Source: a virus. From it: a stretch of DNA of 64,000 bases. Below, one piece after another: positions 50,066 through 61,227 of this stretch (the stretch's first letter is position 1; each line of letters opens with the position of its first letter). Location of the stretch: positions 25,960-89,959 of the IMG/VR virus record IMGVR_UViG_3300020202_000066; one strand, given 5' to 3'. The notes under the pieces were generated by a model, which was not told the DNA's origin, made no database searches, and saw nothing but the letters and a program-made list of their open reading frames with translations. A program made the position numbers and the translations under genes.

Positions 50066-50951
50066 CACGCCACCTCCTTCACGTTCTCGAGCCGGTTGCA
50101 CGCGAGCACTTCTTCCTCGAAGATCACGGGCAGACTCACCCGTGGCGCATCGGGATCACGCACGAACGTAGCAGCTCCGAACTCCAGGGCCTTGAGGAGA
50201 TCGTTCTTTTTGAACGCGTTCTCGATGGCTGACTTCACGTTCGCCAGCGCGTCGAGTTCCCCCAGCCGCCCGCCGCCTCCAAGGATCCTCTGTTCCGTTC
50301 GCTGCTCCCTCAGGTAGATGTCGATCGACAGGCTCCACTTGCAGGTCAGGGTCGAGCCGTCAGTGGTGCCTCCGGGGGTGAGTGGCTTGCGCGTATTCAC
50401 TGACTGCGTACGAGTGGATTCGACGTCCTGCTCTGCCAGGGGAACGATTCGAATCTCATCCTGAACGGGGTTGGTCGGCCCGCGATCACCGAGCAGGATT
50501 GCGTTGGGGCCGAACTGCCCCAGTCCGTGGCCGGACTTGAGGGTCGCGAGGAGCCATTTGACGCAAGATGCGTAGCTCACGGTGCGCCCGTCTCCAGTAC
50601 CGGCAGGGTGAACTTGCCTGCCGGCAAGGTCTGGCCGGCGCGGGCGCCGCTTGAGAATGCAACACGGAGCTCGAGGTACAGGACGCCTTCAACATCTAGT
50701 TGGCCAGCCGTGAGCCTCACCGCAGACTTGCCGTCTGATGCGTCGCCAACGGGTGCGCACACGGCCGAGAACAGCAGCGCGGTCGCCGAGTCCGGACTGA
50801 GCTTGGCGTAGAGCGTCACGGTTCCGCCGGTGAGGTCCAGAGGTTTGCCCTGCTCATCAGGGGAGACATCCACGCCACGCTTAACCACGCGCGAGGTGAA
50901 CGTGAGTTGAGGTGTGCTCCGCCGATACACCGGCTCGAGACGGGTGCTCAT
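50065..50951 (-). CDS. Tail completion protein (50065-50580) and BppU-like protein (50577-50951)
   Basis: Position; PLDLTG motif. Confidence 0.55.
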
Positions 50952-51430
50952 GAGCCACCTCGTCGAGCGCTGATGTCGTCCAGCTGCGCAGGGTCAATCC
51001 CGTGGTTCTCGGTGTCATCGAGACCCATGATGGGCGTGTATGTCTGGGTGTTGCTGTTCACCCGCTCCGCCATCGTCGCGCCTGGGATTCGCGACCTGCG
51101 ATCGCGCACGGCCTTGAGTGAGGTGAGCGCATCCTCGTAGTCCGCGTTGATTGCCTGGAGATCGACCGCCTGCTGGACGGAGAACTGGGGAGAGCGGATG
51201 ACGAAGTGCGTCGCCAGCCGCTCTGCCCACATCACGACTAGGTCGGGGTATGGAGCCGCGAACAGGTGGCTTCCCACGGCCCCTCCCTGCTGTGCGTAGG
51301 CTATGGCGCACATCGAGTCGATGATGGCGTCCGCATCTCGCTGGGCCCGGGCGAGCACACTCGGCGGCAGCTGATCCTCAGGAGGATCACCGAGCCGCGA
51401 GCGGATCGCGCCTGGATCGGAGTAGGCCAC
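50948..51430 (-). CDS. Head-tail adaptor (Mu gp36/DUF1320-like)
   Basis: MAYS..A..DA.IDS...YEDA...L. Confidence 0.7.
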   Translation of the reverse strand: MAYSDPGAIRSRLGDPPEDQLPPSVLARAQRDADAIIDSMCAIAYAQQGGAVGSHLFAAPYPDLVVMWAERLATHFVIRSPQFSVQQAVDLQAINADYEDALTSLKAVRDRRSRIPGATMAERVNSNTQTYTPIMGLDDTENHGIDPAQLDDISARRGGS

Positions 51431-51822
51431 GAGCTACTCCTTCTTCCTCCGCGGGGAGGAGGTGGGTGGCAGATCCACCGGGATGGCAGAGCGAGGCGGG
51501 TGGGTGCTCGCGAGCTCCCGCTCGTTGAGCTCGAGCGCTCCGGAGGAGCCATCGACGCGGTACATTGAGCTCGCGGCGGAGGGGGGCTCCGGCGGCTCCA
51601 CGTGGGGCTCGGCCATCTCCGAGGTGTACACGAGTCCCTTCTCGAGGATCTCCTTGTACAGTTCTTCCTTGGCGGAACCGAGGTCGACGGTCTCGTTGAC
51701 CCTGCGAACCTCACCATCGAAGATGAACGCACGGCGCACCTGATGGACTCGCGACATGGGGATCTCCGATCGATCGCCGCCGGGACTCGGTCCCGGCGGC
51801 ATCAGGGTTCTGCTGTTGGTGA

Positions 51823-52722
51823 CTAGCAGCCGGTGATCAGGAATCCGGCCGCGGCGGCGACGAGCTTCTCGGCCTGGATGTGACCGGCCTCGATGTACTC
51901 GCCATTGCGCTTCTCCTCGCGCCAGCTCTTGACCATGAACGGCTGGGCCTCGATCTGGTAGCCCAGCGACATGACCTGCAGGTCCGGAGAGGGCTCCACC
52001 TTCGCGATGAGGACGCTGTTGTTCCAGACGTCTGCGATCACGATGGACTGGCTCGGGTTGGCGGTGTTCTCGATGGACCCGCCCACCACGAGGGTGAGGT
52101 CCCACAGCATCGGCGGGAGCTTCGCGAAGCCGACTTCATCGGCGAGAGTCAGGCCCGTCGACAACTTCTTGAGGCGGCGGCGCAGGGACCGCGCCACCTT
52201 GCTCGACATCACCATGCGGTTGGCAATCCCTCCGCCGGCCTGGCGGATCGCCTCGCAAGCAGCATCGACATCCGATTCCGGGTCGGCGCTGCTGTTCGAC
52301 CACGCGGCGGCGGCGGCAGCGGTGTTGGTCACGTGGGAAGTGGACTGCGCGATGGCCTGGACCCTCTTCTCCTTGGCCAGGAGGAGGTGGCCGGTGAGCT
52401 TGGTCGTGGCCCGCATCCGCGGCTGGATGGGGGCGTCCGCGTTGTCCCGGATCCGGTCCGGCAGAAGGAACTTCAGAGCGTACTCCTCGGCGGAGTAGCT
52501 CGCGTTCGTCGGATTCCACTGGATCTCAGCCGCTTCGGCGCCAGCCTGGCGGCGCGCCTCAATCGGCGTGAGTTCCTCGCGGCCGAACACGTAGTACTTG
52601 TCCGACTCCTTCTTGACCTTGACGATCGGGAACACCGCATCGGCGATGAACCCGGGCTGCACGTACTCGACCGCCAGATTGCTGAGTGGCTGGTCGATAT
52701 GGATGTCCTGCGGGGAAGGCAT
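51823..52722 (-). CDS. Major capsid protein
   Basis: ID.PLSN.AV.Y...FIAD.VFP.V.V; E..V...AGFLI. Confidence 0.85.
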   Translation of the reverse strand: MPSPQDIHIDQPLSNLAVEYVQPGFIADAVFPIVKVKKESDKYYVFGREELTPIEARRQAGAEAAEIQWNPTNASYSAEEYALKFLLPDRIRDNADAPIQPRMRATTKLTGHLLLAKEKRVQAIAQSTSHVTNTAAAAAAWSNSSADPESDVDAACEAIRQAGGGIANRMVMSSKVARSLRRRLKKLSTGLTLADEVGFAKLPPMLWDLTLVVGGSIENTANPSQSIVIADVWNNSVLIAKVEPSPDLQVMSLGYQIEAQPFMVKSWREEKRNGEYIEAGHIQAEKLVAAAAGFLITGC

Positions 52723-52749
52723 TCTCCGTCACCTCCAGTGGTGCGGGCG

Positions 52750-53220
52750 TTAGAACGGCGAGCTGTTGATACGCACGAGGGCGTAGTCGTTCTGCGCCGC
52801 AGCCGCGGCGATGGCCTGGGCACGCGAGTCGCGGATGTAGTTCATCACCGCGGTCGCGTAGGTGGTGACGGCGTTCACCTCGGCCGCGGTCGGAGTGGCC
52901 GCCGGGGTCGGGGTGGACGGGACCGACACCAGTCGGCCCTTGCCGCGGTCGGCGGAGGTAGCGTGCTCGACGCCGATGTTGGCGCCGGCAGTCCACGCGA
53001 CGTTCGCGACAAGCAGCGAGGTCCCGGCGATCCGGACCACGACCGCCTTGCCGGCTGTGCCCTTGAACTGGGTGATGCCCCAGGTCTTGTAGGCCTCAGC
53101 GGCAGAGGTCGGAACCTTCACTGAGCCCTCCGCGGCGCCCTGGGAGGCGAACAGGTACTGGCCGATGTCCGCGTCCGCGATGAAGCTGACGTCGAGAATG
53201 GGAACCGGGCTGAGGAACAT
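52750..53220 (-). CDS. Capsid decoration/cement protein
   Basis: Small Ala-rich gene between protease and MCP. Confidence 0.65.
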   Translation of the reverse strand: MFLSPVPILDVSFIADADIGQYLFASQGAAEGSVKVPTSAAEAYKTWGITQFKGTAGKAVVVRIAGTSLLVANVAWTAGANIGVEHATSADRGKGRLVSVPSTPTPAATPTAAEVNAVTTYATAVMNYIRDSRAQAIAAAAAQNDYALVRINSSPF

Positions 53221-53232
53221 GTGGTTCGCCTC

Positions 53233-55404
53233 CTAGCTGGCCGACTGCCGGCCAGCCTTGGTCATTGCGTCCGCGTAGCTCATCCCGGGGTTCGCCTTCT
53301 GCAGATCCCGGACCTTCTGGTGGAGATCGGATCCGGCGATCGGGTAGGACCGGTTCTTCGGATCGGTGAAGGTCGCCGTTGCGCCCGCCGCCTGCGCCGG
53401 GGCAGCCGGCGTCGTGCCCGGCAGCACGCCCTCGCTCGTCGCAGCCGGGGACCGACCCAGCTCGTCGAGGATGACCTGCGGCTTCAGCGAGTCGACGAAG
53501 AGTTTGATCCTCGTCGGAAGGTCTTTCCCTCCGGCTGCAGTGAAGGCCTTCAGGCCCTCATCGCCCATCGCGTCCGTCGCGCGGTACGCGTCCATCAGGA
53601 TGCCGGTGAGCTCCGACTCCTGGGCCGGGAGGATGCGTCCCTCGCGCTTCGCCCTGTCGGTGAAGTTCGCGATCTCGTTCTGCCGCATCTGCTCCTGCAG
53701 CTTGCGGTTCTGCTCCATCAGAGCAGCGATCTTGCGATCGGCCTCCGAAGCGGAGGCGGGGGCGGCCGGCGGCGTGCGGGTCGGCTCGTTCTGGCTCATG
53801 GATCCACCTCCTGCGGTGGTGATCGTATAGGTCTTGACGGTCTGGCCTGCTGCCGGGGGGCGCCCGAACGAGTAAAGCAGGGCCACGTCCTGGAGGGTGT
53901 CAACGGCCGGCGTATCTCCGCCGAGCAGTGCGACTCCCCGCAGGACCTTCCCGTAGCTGCGGCGCTTTCCCGTCTCCGGCTCGGTGTCCTGGTAGTTTGT
54001 GAAGATCTCCGCCGAGACGCGCTTGTAGCCGCCCTTCTGGACCAAGTCATAGATCAGCTTCGGAACCTGGTCGAAGTCGGCGAGAAGGACTCCGTCCTGG
54101 GTGTAGACGCGAGTGGCCCAGCCGACCGCCGGGAGGCCCTCCTTGAGGACCAGGTCGTTCGAGTGGCCCAGTTTCAGCATAGGCTTCACCCGATCCCGGA
54201 GGAGCTCGGCGTTCTGGGCGAGTTCGTCGATGTCCGCCGCGGTGTACTCGTCGCCGTTCCAGCGTCCCGGCATGAACACCTGCACGCCCTTCAGCTGGTA
54301 GGTCGGCATCTGAGAGATGTCGATCGGCTTGGCGGCCGCTTCGAAGGCACGGAAGTGCATCATCCCGGCGGCGGACCCGTAGGTCGCCTGGATGTAGTCG
54401 CCGATGGCGACAGCGGGGACGTGGTCGAGCAGCGGGATCAGCTCGCCGAGCGCGTGCGGCAGATCGACTACGAAGTAGTGCACGTGGGGTTGCTCGACGG
54501 ACTCGGTCGTCCGCACTCGGATTGACGTAGCTGCCAGATTCTCCGGAGTGATCTCGTGATCGATGCGATGAACGTGCGCGGTTGCACCAGAGAACTTCGA
54601 CGGCATCACGTAGCCATGCAGTCGCGTGCGGTCGGAGGAGAAGTACAGGTTGTAGCGGTGCCCGTGTTTCTTGATGCCGGCGCCGGCGATCACGTCGGTC
54701 AGTCCGGTGAAGATCTTCCCGAGCTTCTTCGCATCGGCGGCGGTGAACTCCTTCGTGCGGGCGAACCAGAGAGGGCAACCGTGCGCTTTCGCCGCGGCGC
54801 AGCTGCGCGACTCGTCCAGTGCGAGTCCAGTGTCGCCGTCGCAGAACGCCCGCACAGAGGCGGGCGTGACTGGGCAAGTCCGCCCACTCGGGCACTGGTT
54901 GATCGGCCCAGGGAGCGCGGGCCAGATCTGTTCGGTGGACCGCTGGAAGGGGTAGAGAGTCTCGCCCTCCTCAGCAACGCTGAACACCTGAGCGCCGCCC
55001 GGCTTCCGGGTGTACCAGCCTATCGGGACATCGTAGCGGCCCGCGAGATAGATCAGATCGCGCAGCATTGCCAGCCCGGGATCCTGGTCGGCATGCAGCT
55101 TCTGCATCATGCCTTCCATCTTCTGGCGGTGTTCGACTTCTATCTCACCCATCTTCAGGAGCGTCTCCAGCACGGCGAGGATCTTGGACTTCGCCTCTTC
55201 GGGAGTGAGTTCGCCATCCGCCCCAGTCGCGCCCTCATCCGCGAACGCGACGAAGGGCAGGGGAGCGATCGTTGGCCCGGAAATCCGAGTGGCCACCGAC
55301 GAGGACGCGGCGGGGCCGTGGGCAGCGGAACCTCCGCCGCCCCCATCAGTCGGCGCGGAAGCCGAGGGGGTCGCTTCGGATGCTTCAGCTTCTGATGCGG
55401 TCAC
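53233..55404 (-). CDS. Mu-like prohead protease/scaffold with long N-terminal extension
   Basis: LKLGH, PAVGW, YKRVSAE, GVALLG..PAV..L. Confidence 0.82.
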   Translation of the reverse strand: MTASEAEASEATPSASAPTDGGGGGSAAHGPAASSSVATRISGPTIAPLPFVAFADEGATGADGELTPEEAKSKILAVLETLLKMGEIEVEHRQKMEGMMQKLHADQDPGLAMLRDLIYLAGRYDVPIGWYTRKPGGAQVFSVAEEGETLYPFQRSTEQIWPALPGPINQCPSGRTCPVTPASVRAFCDGDTGLALDESRSCAAAKAHGCPLWFARTKEFTAADAKKLGKIFTGLTDVIAGAGIKKHGHRYNLYFSSDRTRLHGYVMPSKFSGATAHVHRIDHEITPENLAATSIRVRTTESVEQPHVHYFVVDLPHALGELIPLLDHVPAVAIGDYIQATYGSAAGMMHFRAFEAAAKPIDISQMPTYQLKGVQVFMPGRWNGDEYTAADIDELAQNAELLRDRVKPMLKLGHSNDLVLKEGLPAVGWATRVYTQDGVLLADFDQVPKLIYDLVQKGGYKRVSAEIFTNYQDTEPETGKRRSYGKVLRGVALLGGDTPAVDTLQDVALLYSFGRPPAAGQTVKTYTITTAGGGSMSQNEPTRTPPAAPASASEADRKIAALMEQNRKLQEQMRQNEIANFTDRAKREGRILPAQESELTGILMDAYRATDAMGDEGLKAFTAAGGKDLPTRIKLFVDSLKPQVILDELGRSPAATSEGVLPGTTPAAPAQAAGATATFTDPKNRSYPIAGSDLHQKVRDLQKANPGMSYADAMTKAGRQSAS

Positions 55405-57908
55405 TGGTTCCCTCCTGCTGAGGTGCCACGTCGTCGTGGAGTCGCGGGTGACGTACGTACACGCTCGGATGTCGTGTATCGCGCGCTCTTGCGCGAAATC
55501 TCTGCGAAGCCTGCGCCGCGGGTGACCCCGGCCTTGGGCTCACGGGGATCCAAGTCCGAGTAGTCCACCTCATCGCCAGACAGCACCGGGATCACGGTAG
55601 ATCGGCACTGGTGGTGCGCCGGGGGGAACTCACCGTCAAGTTGCTCCGGGCGGAAGATCTGCATGTCCATCGCCTCGCAGTAAGGCGTCGTGCGGTCGTC
55701 CATCACGCTCGACCACTGGTATCCGATCACGAACTCGCGCACATCGGCGTCTTGGTACAGCTCCTTGCGAGCCTCGTTGTACGCCTCCATCAGATTCGTG
55801 CGCACGATCGTGTCGAGACGAACTGGCGCCAGGAACGAGCCCTTCTCGAGGTCTCCCGTGGCGATGTACTTGGAGAACACCGAGGCTACGTCCTGCCTGC
55901 CGCGCCGCGGGTCTCCGCTCTTTACGGCTTTCAGGAGTGCGGCCTGAACCTCTTTGAGGATCGACTCGCTTTCGACCTTCGCGACCGTGAACGCGCGCCG
56001 GTCGTAGAGGTCGTAGAGCTCGTCCCCGATCTGCACCGGGATGGTGTTGTCGCCAACAACGAGCCCCTTTCCCTTGAAGAAGCGGCGCGCCACCGCTGGG
56101 TCGACTGGCTCATCCAGGAGTTCGTAGTCAGCCTCGTCCTCATCAGCGAACTGGCGGGTGAACGTGGTCTTGTCCGGCACCCGCTGGGCCAAATCCTGGA
56201 GAGCCACGAAGCGCCCGTTCAGCGCCTGCGTGAACATGGCGTTGCGCAGCACCTTTCGAAGCGGCGCGAGGCTGACCTTGATCGAGTCGAGCTTCGCGAG
56301 TGGACTGCTCTTTCTCAGCAAGCTCTGGACCTTGTCCATCACTCGGTGCTTGATGGCCGAGAACACGGGGTTCGTGCGTACGAAGATCTGACGGGCCATA
56401 GCCTCGTGACTGTCGAGGATTGCGCTGAAGGGCGTCGCCCGCTCGTGAACGGTGAAGTCACGTCTGAAGCGACGCGCCTCCTTGGCTGGAGGCTCTACCT
56501 TCCGGAACGCGCGGGTGAGGTTCCGGGTGCTCGGCTCCGGAGTCGCTTCCGGCTCAACCGGTTCAATCCGTTCACGCGGTTCGGGAATGTTGAGGAAGTT
56601 CCGGATCCACGTCTCGTTCGGCGAAACCACCTTGTTCTCGATCAGCAGTCTGATGATTTCTCCGCGAGCACTGAGTCCCTCCTCAGTCACGGCCTGGAAC
56701 TGCGCCGTCGGATACTGCCTTGTGCCCGGGAAGTTGTAGTCTATGAGCTGCCGAATGGCCTGCTCGAGAAGCAGCTCCTCGATGGTCTTGTGGATCTGCT
56801 TGATGACCCAGATGAAGGTTTCGAACTGCGCCTTTCCCAACGCATACGAGCCCGGCGCTCCGGATCCGGAGAAGCCAAGCAGATCAGGTAGAAGGAATGA
56901 TCGAGAGATCGACACGTTGTGCATGGCGATCATCGATTCGAAGAGGTTCGACGTCGATGGATTGCCCTGCAGGAGGTCGATCGCAAAATCGGTCGGAATG
57001 GTGATCCCTGTTTGACGCTGAAGATTCTCGATGAGCTGCTGGAACTTACGGATCTCCGCAGGATCTGCGTTCCCCGGCACCTTGCCGACGGGTGTCGGGG
57101 CGGCGAACTTCTCCAGGTAGATGTTCCAGAACTTGATACCCCAGTCCTTCGAGAACCATGAGCGGTAGGCGGCCCGGCAGTCCGAGCGCCCATAGGGATT
57201 CCGGGCGAAGCTGTTGTGGGAGTGAATGATGAACTTGTCTGCGGGGAGCCGGAGCTCCGCGCCCACGTTCACTTGAACAACGCCGTTAGGGAGAATCCCG
57301 CCGAACTGGTCCTGCGCGAATCGGAAGGTCAGGGGGGACTTCGTGCGCCAACTCTTCCATCCGATGAGCCCGTTGAACTTCGGATTGGGTGCGTCGTCAA
57401 TGATCCTGAAGTTCTTCTCGGTGACGGAGAACCCGTATTGGAATGAGGAAAGGATCTCGTAGAGAGAGTCGTGGATGCCGCCGGCCATGTTCTGCGCATT
57501 CCAGCGGATGAACTCGCACTTCATCAGGTCGTCCGGCTCCTGCGTGGCCGGGACGAACTCAAGCCGAGATGAGAGGACCGCGTTGCGCTTGAGGTTGAGG
57601 ACGGCCGACACCTGGTCGTCGTTCCCCATTTGCTGATAGATCTCGAGTCCCTTGCGCCCTACGAGATCGTCCGGGTTCGGGAGGTAGGCGCCGGTCCCTG
57701 AAAGGGTGTTGAGTCCGAGGACTCCACGGGCGAGTTCGCCGCTCGAGGTCAGGCTCCGGAGGTCAACCGGGACGTCCGTGGAGCCGCGCGAGATCACCGG
57801 CCGCTGCGGAGCTTCGGCCGGAGGGGGATGGGCGAATGACTTTTTCCGGGCCACGACCGGACCATACGCGCGCGCGTGGGGTGACCCGTGCCGGGTTGCC
57901 GGGTTCAA
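55401..57908 (-). CDS. Portal (DUF935) fused to Mu gpF-like minor head domain
   Basis: YGFSV.E, NPYG.S, EKF..P; RL.TI.RTN, D.RTT..C, PP.H..CRS. Confidence 0.88.
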   Translation of the reverse strand: MNPATRHGSPHARAYGPVVARKKSFAHPPPAEAPQRPVISRGSTDVPVDLRSLTSSGELARGVLGLNTLSGTGAYLPNPDDLVGRKGLEIYQQMGNDDQVSAVLNLKRNAVLSSRLEFVPATQEPDDLMKCEFIRWNAQNMAGGIHDSLYEILSSFQYGFSVTEKNFRIIDDAPNPKFNGLIGWKSWRTKSPLTFRFAQDQFGGILPNGVVQVNVGAELRLPADKFIIHSHNSFARNPYGRSDCRAAYRSWFSKDWGIKFWNIYLEKFAAPTPVGKVPGNADPAEIRKFQQLIENLQRQTGITIPTDFAIDLLQGNPSTSNLFESMIAMHNVSISRSFLLPDLLGFSGSGAPGSYALGKAQFETFIWVIKQIHKTIEELLLEQAIRQLIDYNFPGTRQYPTAQFQAVTEEGLSARGEIIRLLIENKVVSPNETWIRNFLNIPEPRERIEPVEPEATPEPSTRNLTRAFRKVEPPAKEARRFRRDFTVHERATPFSAILDSHEAMARQIFVRTNPVFSAIKHRVMDKVQSLLRKSSPLAKLDSIKVSLAPLRKVLRNAMFTQALNGRFVALQDLAQRVPDKTTFTRQFADEDEADYELLDEPVDPAVARRFFKGKGLVVGDNTIPVQIGDELYDLYDRRAFTVAKVESESILKEVQAALLKAVKSGDPRRGRQDVASVFSKYIATGDLEKGSFLAPVRLDTIVRTNLMEAYNEARKELYQDADVREFVIGYQWSSVMDDRTTPYCEAMDMQIFRPEQLDGEFPPAHHQCRSTVIPVLSGDEVDYSDLDPREPKAGVTRGAGFAEISRKSARYTTSERVRTSPATPRRRGTSAGGNQ

Positions 57909-57927
57909 GCGTCAAACATCGACCGGC

Positions 57928-59493
57928 TTAGAAGGGGTGTGGATCTCGACCTGGGTTGAAGATCGTGTCGTCGTACGTGCTCTCGGTCGGCGTGGTGCTG
58001 CCATAGACGCGGGATTCACCGAAACCGCCGATCGCCTCCGGTGCGGCCCGGCGGTGCCGTAGGCCCCGTGTCGCCAGCCACGTCGCCATGAGCGTGTCGG
58101 AGTACTCCGCGAAGGGGTAGTCCGCGAGTTCGCGGCACAGCTGACACAGCTCGCACTTGCAGTCGGTCACGTGGCGTCGACCATCCTGCGGGATGACCCA
58201 CATGCCATTCTCGAACTCGACGGCCATCCCGGGAACGCCCATCTCAAGATCCGCCTTCTCAGCTCCAGTCGTCATGCCGACGATCGGCATGCGTTCCTTG
58301 GTCTTCTGGGTCCACTCGATCAGGGCCTGCTGGTAGGTATTGTTCTCGACGATCATCATCACCGGCTGGTGTTTCTGGAAGACCTCCACGAGGATATCCG
58401 CGGTCCGGGTTGAGCTGTAGTGTCCGCGTCGGATGTCGACCACATAACGCGACTGTGTCGCTGGGTCGATCGCGATCGTCACGAAGACGGTGTACTTGGC
58501 GCCTTTCTTCTGAGAGATCGCGAGGTCCACGCCCGTATAGCGGGGCCACTCCCGGGGGATCATCGCTCGGTGGACGTTGGCGCCCTTCGCCTTGGCCTCT
58601 TGGATGCTGTCGTCGGTGAAGACTCGGTCCTCATCGGACATCGCGAGGCCACGATAGGCCCGGTCGAAGTGCCGGGGGCTGAGCTCGCGCCGTACGGCGT
58701 GCAGTCGTTCCGTTGGCCACTTGTCTGGCCAGATCGATTCCAGGTTTGGACCAACGACGGTCTTCAGGAACTTCCATTCCTCGTTGGCCATCAGCTCGGC
58801 CGTGAGATCGGAGTTCGTCCACGGCGTGGAGATCCAGCGCGCGCGCCCGTCAGGCTCGAGCAGGTTCATCCAGACGTCGTGCCAGGCGCTCTTCACGACT
58901 TTCCTGAAGCCCGGCACGCGGATTGAGTTATTGAAGTCCACCACGTCATCGCCGATGAGGACGTCTGCCCGACCGCCGACGCCCGACGCCAGGATGCCGC
59001 GGGCCTCGAGGCTCGGGTCCGGGCTGATGATTCGACGGTTGACTGTGATCGCATACGCAGACCACTCGGCGTCACTCTCGCTGGCCACAAGCTCCGGGAA
59101 CACACGGTGCAGCCGCTTGTTCGTGTCGATGTGGGTTCGACACGCCTTCACGCGCTTCTTGCTGGTCTCTTTGTCCGCCGACACGATCTTGATTCGCAGG
59201 TCCGGGTTCCGCCCGAGATCGAAGAGCGTCCGGATGATGGAGACCTGCTCGGTCTTCCCGTGGTTTCGCGGAGCGATCACGCCGGCTCGCCGGTGTTCGT
59301 CGAAGTGCTTGTGCCAGGCAACATGGAACCACTGCTGCTGGATCGGTTCTTGGCTCTTCGGATCGACGAAGCAGTACTGCGCGAACGCGTTGACGTTGCG
59401 CCGGGCGAGCTTGATCGCCTTCTTCTCCGCGATCGCGAGCTCGAGGCGGCGCTCGGCGAGGAGCTTCCGCTTGTCCTTCAGCGGCAGGCTCAC
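57928..59493 (-). CDS. terL: Terminase large subunit
   Basis: APRNHGKT Walker A, G.RAD..I.DD, GVDLA and D..MA nuclease motifs. Confidence 0.92.
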   Translation of the reverse strand: MSLPLKDKRKLLAERRLELAIAEKKAIKLARRNVNAFAQYCFVDPKSQEPIQQQWFHVAWHKHFDEHRRAGVIAPRNHGKTEQVSIIRTLFDLGRNPDLRIKIVSADKETSKKRVKACRTHIDTNKRLHRVFPELVASESDAEWSAYAITVNRRIISPDPSLEARGILASGVGGRADVLIGDDVVDFNNSIRVPGFRKVVKSAWHDVWMNLLEPDGRARWISTPWTNSDLTAELMANEEWKFLKTVVGPNLESIWPDKWPTERLHAVRRELSPRHFDRAYRGLAMSDEDRVFTDDSIQEAKAKGANVHRAMIPREWPRYTGVDLAISQKKGAKYTVFVTIAIDPATQSRYVVDIRRGHYSSTRTADILVEVFQKHQPVMMIVENNTYQQALIEWTQKTKERMPIVGMTTGAEKADLEMGVPGMAVEFENGMWVIPQDGRRHVTDCKCELCQLCRELADYPFAEYSDTLMATWLATRGLRHRRAAPEAIGGFGESRVYGSTTPTESTYDDTIFNPGRDPHPF

Positions 59494-59494
59494 G

Positions 59495-60079
59495 TCAGGC
59501 GGGGAAGGTTACGACGCCCTGAGCGACGAGCGTCTTGAGAATTAGCGCCGCTCCGACTTGTTTGGAAATCGCTGTCGGAGACCAGACGTTGTCCTTGATG
59601 AACTTGCCCCGCCGGTACTGATCGCTGAAGGACCAGAGGTATGCGGTGGCCACGCCTCGCTTCCGGCTGCCGAAGCCGTTGAATGCCTCAAGCTTGTAGA
59701 GGCAGCCAGGCAGTGACCAGTCCTTCCAGCGGTGGAGCCCGTCGTATTGCACAGCATCGACGGCGCTGAACTCCCAATCGAAGGGAGGCGTTCCACGTGG
59801 CGGCCGGCCCGCTGGTTTGCGGTGGGTTCGGCGCGCCAGTGAGTCGCCGTTGTGGAGATGCTTCGTCCAACTCGAGTTGCACTCCAAGTTGTGGATGATC
59901 CCGATCAGCCACCACGGCACGCCGGTCTGATCTGCCACTCGCTCGTACCGGGCCCTCCCTGCCTTGACCGCATCCGCGGCCTCGCTGACCGCCGGGATCC
60001 TGCTCTTGGTGATGACCGCAGATGTGAAGCGCCTGTTGTACTCCGCCCTGAGCTGGTCATTGAGCTTCGGTGCGCTCAA
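59495..60079 (-). CDS. Lysozyme-like endolysin
   Basis: RY..V...GVPWW.IG.IH..E, HNGD, LE.FNGFG, YLWS. Confidence 0.8.
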   Translation of the reverse strand: MSAPKLNDQLRAEYNRRFTSAVITKSRIPAVSEAADAVKAGRARYERVADQTGVPWWLIGIIHNLECNSSWTKHLHNGDSLARRTHRKPAGRPPRGTPPFDWEFSAVDAVQYDGLHRWKDWSLPGCLYKLEAFNGFGSRKRGVATAYLWSFSDQYRRGKFIKDNVWSPTAISKQVGAALILKTLVAQGVVTFPA

Positions 60080-60481
60080 GCGTACACCTCCACGGAGTAG
60101 TCGCGGTCGGGACGCAGCCCGTGCTGGTATAGCCTGTTCTCGATCAGGGCTCGGAAGGCGTCGGACCCTACTGCGAAGGTCACGGCTCGCTCCAGCGTGT
60201 CCGCCCAGTAGAACGGGCGGCACGTCTTCCAGAAGTCCTCAGCCGAGGACCAGATATCCGAGACCGCAGAGCGAAGCGTCGCTGCGTGCGACTCCTTCAC
60301 GGTGAAGCGCCAGAAGCTAGATCCAGGCACTGCTACCTCCGAAAGAGAGGCCCGCCGGCCGGGGGTTGGGGGATGGGAGGTGGCCGGCGGGCCGATGAAA
60401 TCCGACGAGAGGCGAGGAGGTTGACCACTGGTTCGCAGTCGAACCCTAGGCGCGACGGGGAGGCGAGTCAAACGATGCCGG

Positions 60482-61027
60482 GTGGAGGTGGGCAGGCCAG
60501 TTTCGCAGAAAGATCAGGTCACACACGTGCTACGCTCGCACAAGAGAAAGCCCGCCGGGTGGCTCCGGCGGGCTGAGGCACGATGCGATTCCTGGAGGTC
60601 TCGCGTGCGAAGCATAGTAGCTGTAGACGACTCCGGTCAAGTGACCGAGCCGCCCGAGTACGTGAAGGACAACACGGAGCGGTGGGCAATGCGCCGTGAG
60701 TACATCCACCGCATGATCCGGAACCTCAGCGGTAGCGAGCTGAAGGTCTTCATGGCCCTGAGTAGCTTTGCTCACCAGCCCAAACCGGGCGAGGACGAGG
60801 AGAGCTGTTTCGCCGGCCAAGCGAAGATCGCCCATCGGGCTGGGGTTTCGGCCCGGCAGGTTCGGCGGGCCCTCAAGACTCTGGAGGATGCCGGATGGAT
60901 TCATCGCCGCCGAAGGGGTATGGGCCGATCGAACTACTACTGGTTCTCTATCCCCAGCGCTCGCTCGTTCTTCGAGCGCTTCATCTTCTGGGACGAGGCC
61001 AAGGTCGCGTCAAAATGCGGCGGCTGA
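60482..61027 (+). CDS. Winged-HTH replication-initiator-like protein (start uncertain)
   Basis: CF.GQ..IA...GVS.RQVRRAL..LE..GWI.R.RR...SNYY. Confidence 0.7.
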   Translation: MEVGRPVSQKDQVTHVLRSHKRKPAGWLRRAEARCDSWRSRVRSIVAVDDSGQVTEPPEYVKDNTERWAMRREYIHRMIRNLSGSELKVFMALSSFAHQPKPGEDEESCFAGQAKIAHRAGVSARQVRRALKTLEDAGWIHRRRRGMGRSNYYWFSIPSARSFFERFIFWDEAKVASKCGG

Positions 61028-61091
61028 GAGGACACCCATGTCCGCTCAGGAGAGGACACCCATGTCCGCTCAGGAGAGGACAGGGGTGTCC
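61026..61091 (+). repeat. 24-bp tandem repeats (~2.7 copies), iteron-like
   Basis: gagaggacacccatgtccgctcag; each has GGACA-N4-TGTCC. Confidence 0.8.
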
Positions 61092-61227
61092 TACAGAACT
61101 CAGATCTACCAGGGAACTCCTATCCAGATGAAAGGTCTAGCGTCGCACACGCTAGACGATTGAGCGTTAGAAGATTCCGCATCCGGAGGACCGAGAGCAG
61201 CTACCAGGTCGGCTATGCTCACCTCGT

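Noticed and set aside
61026-61091. CRISPR array
   Set aside because: The repeats are contiguous with no unique spacers, and no cas genes were seen
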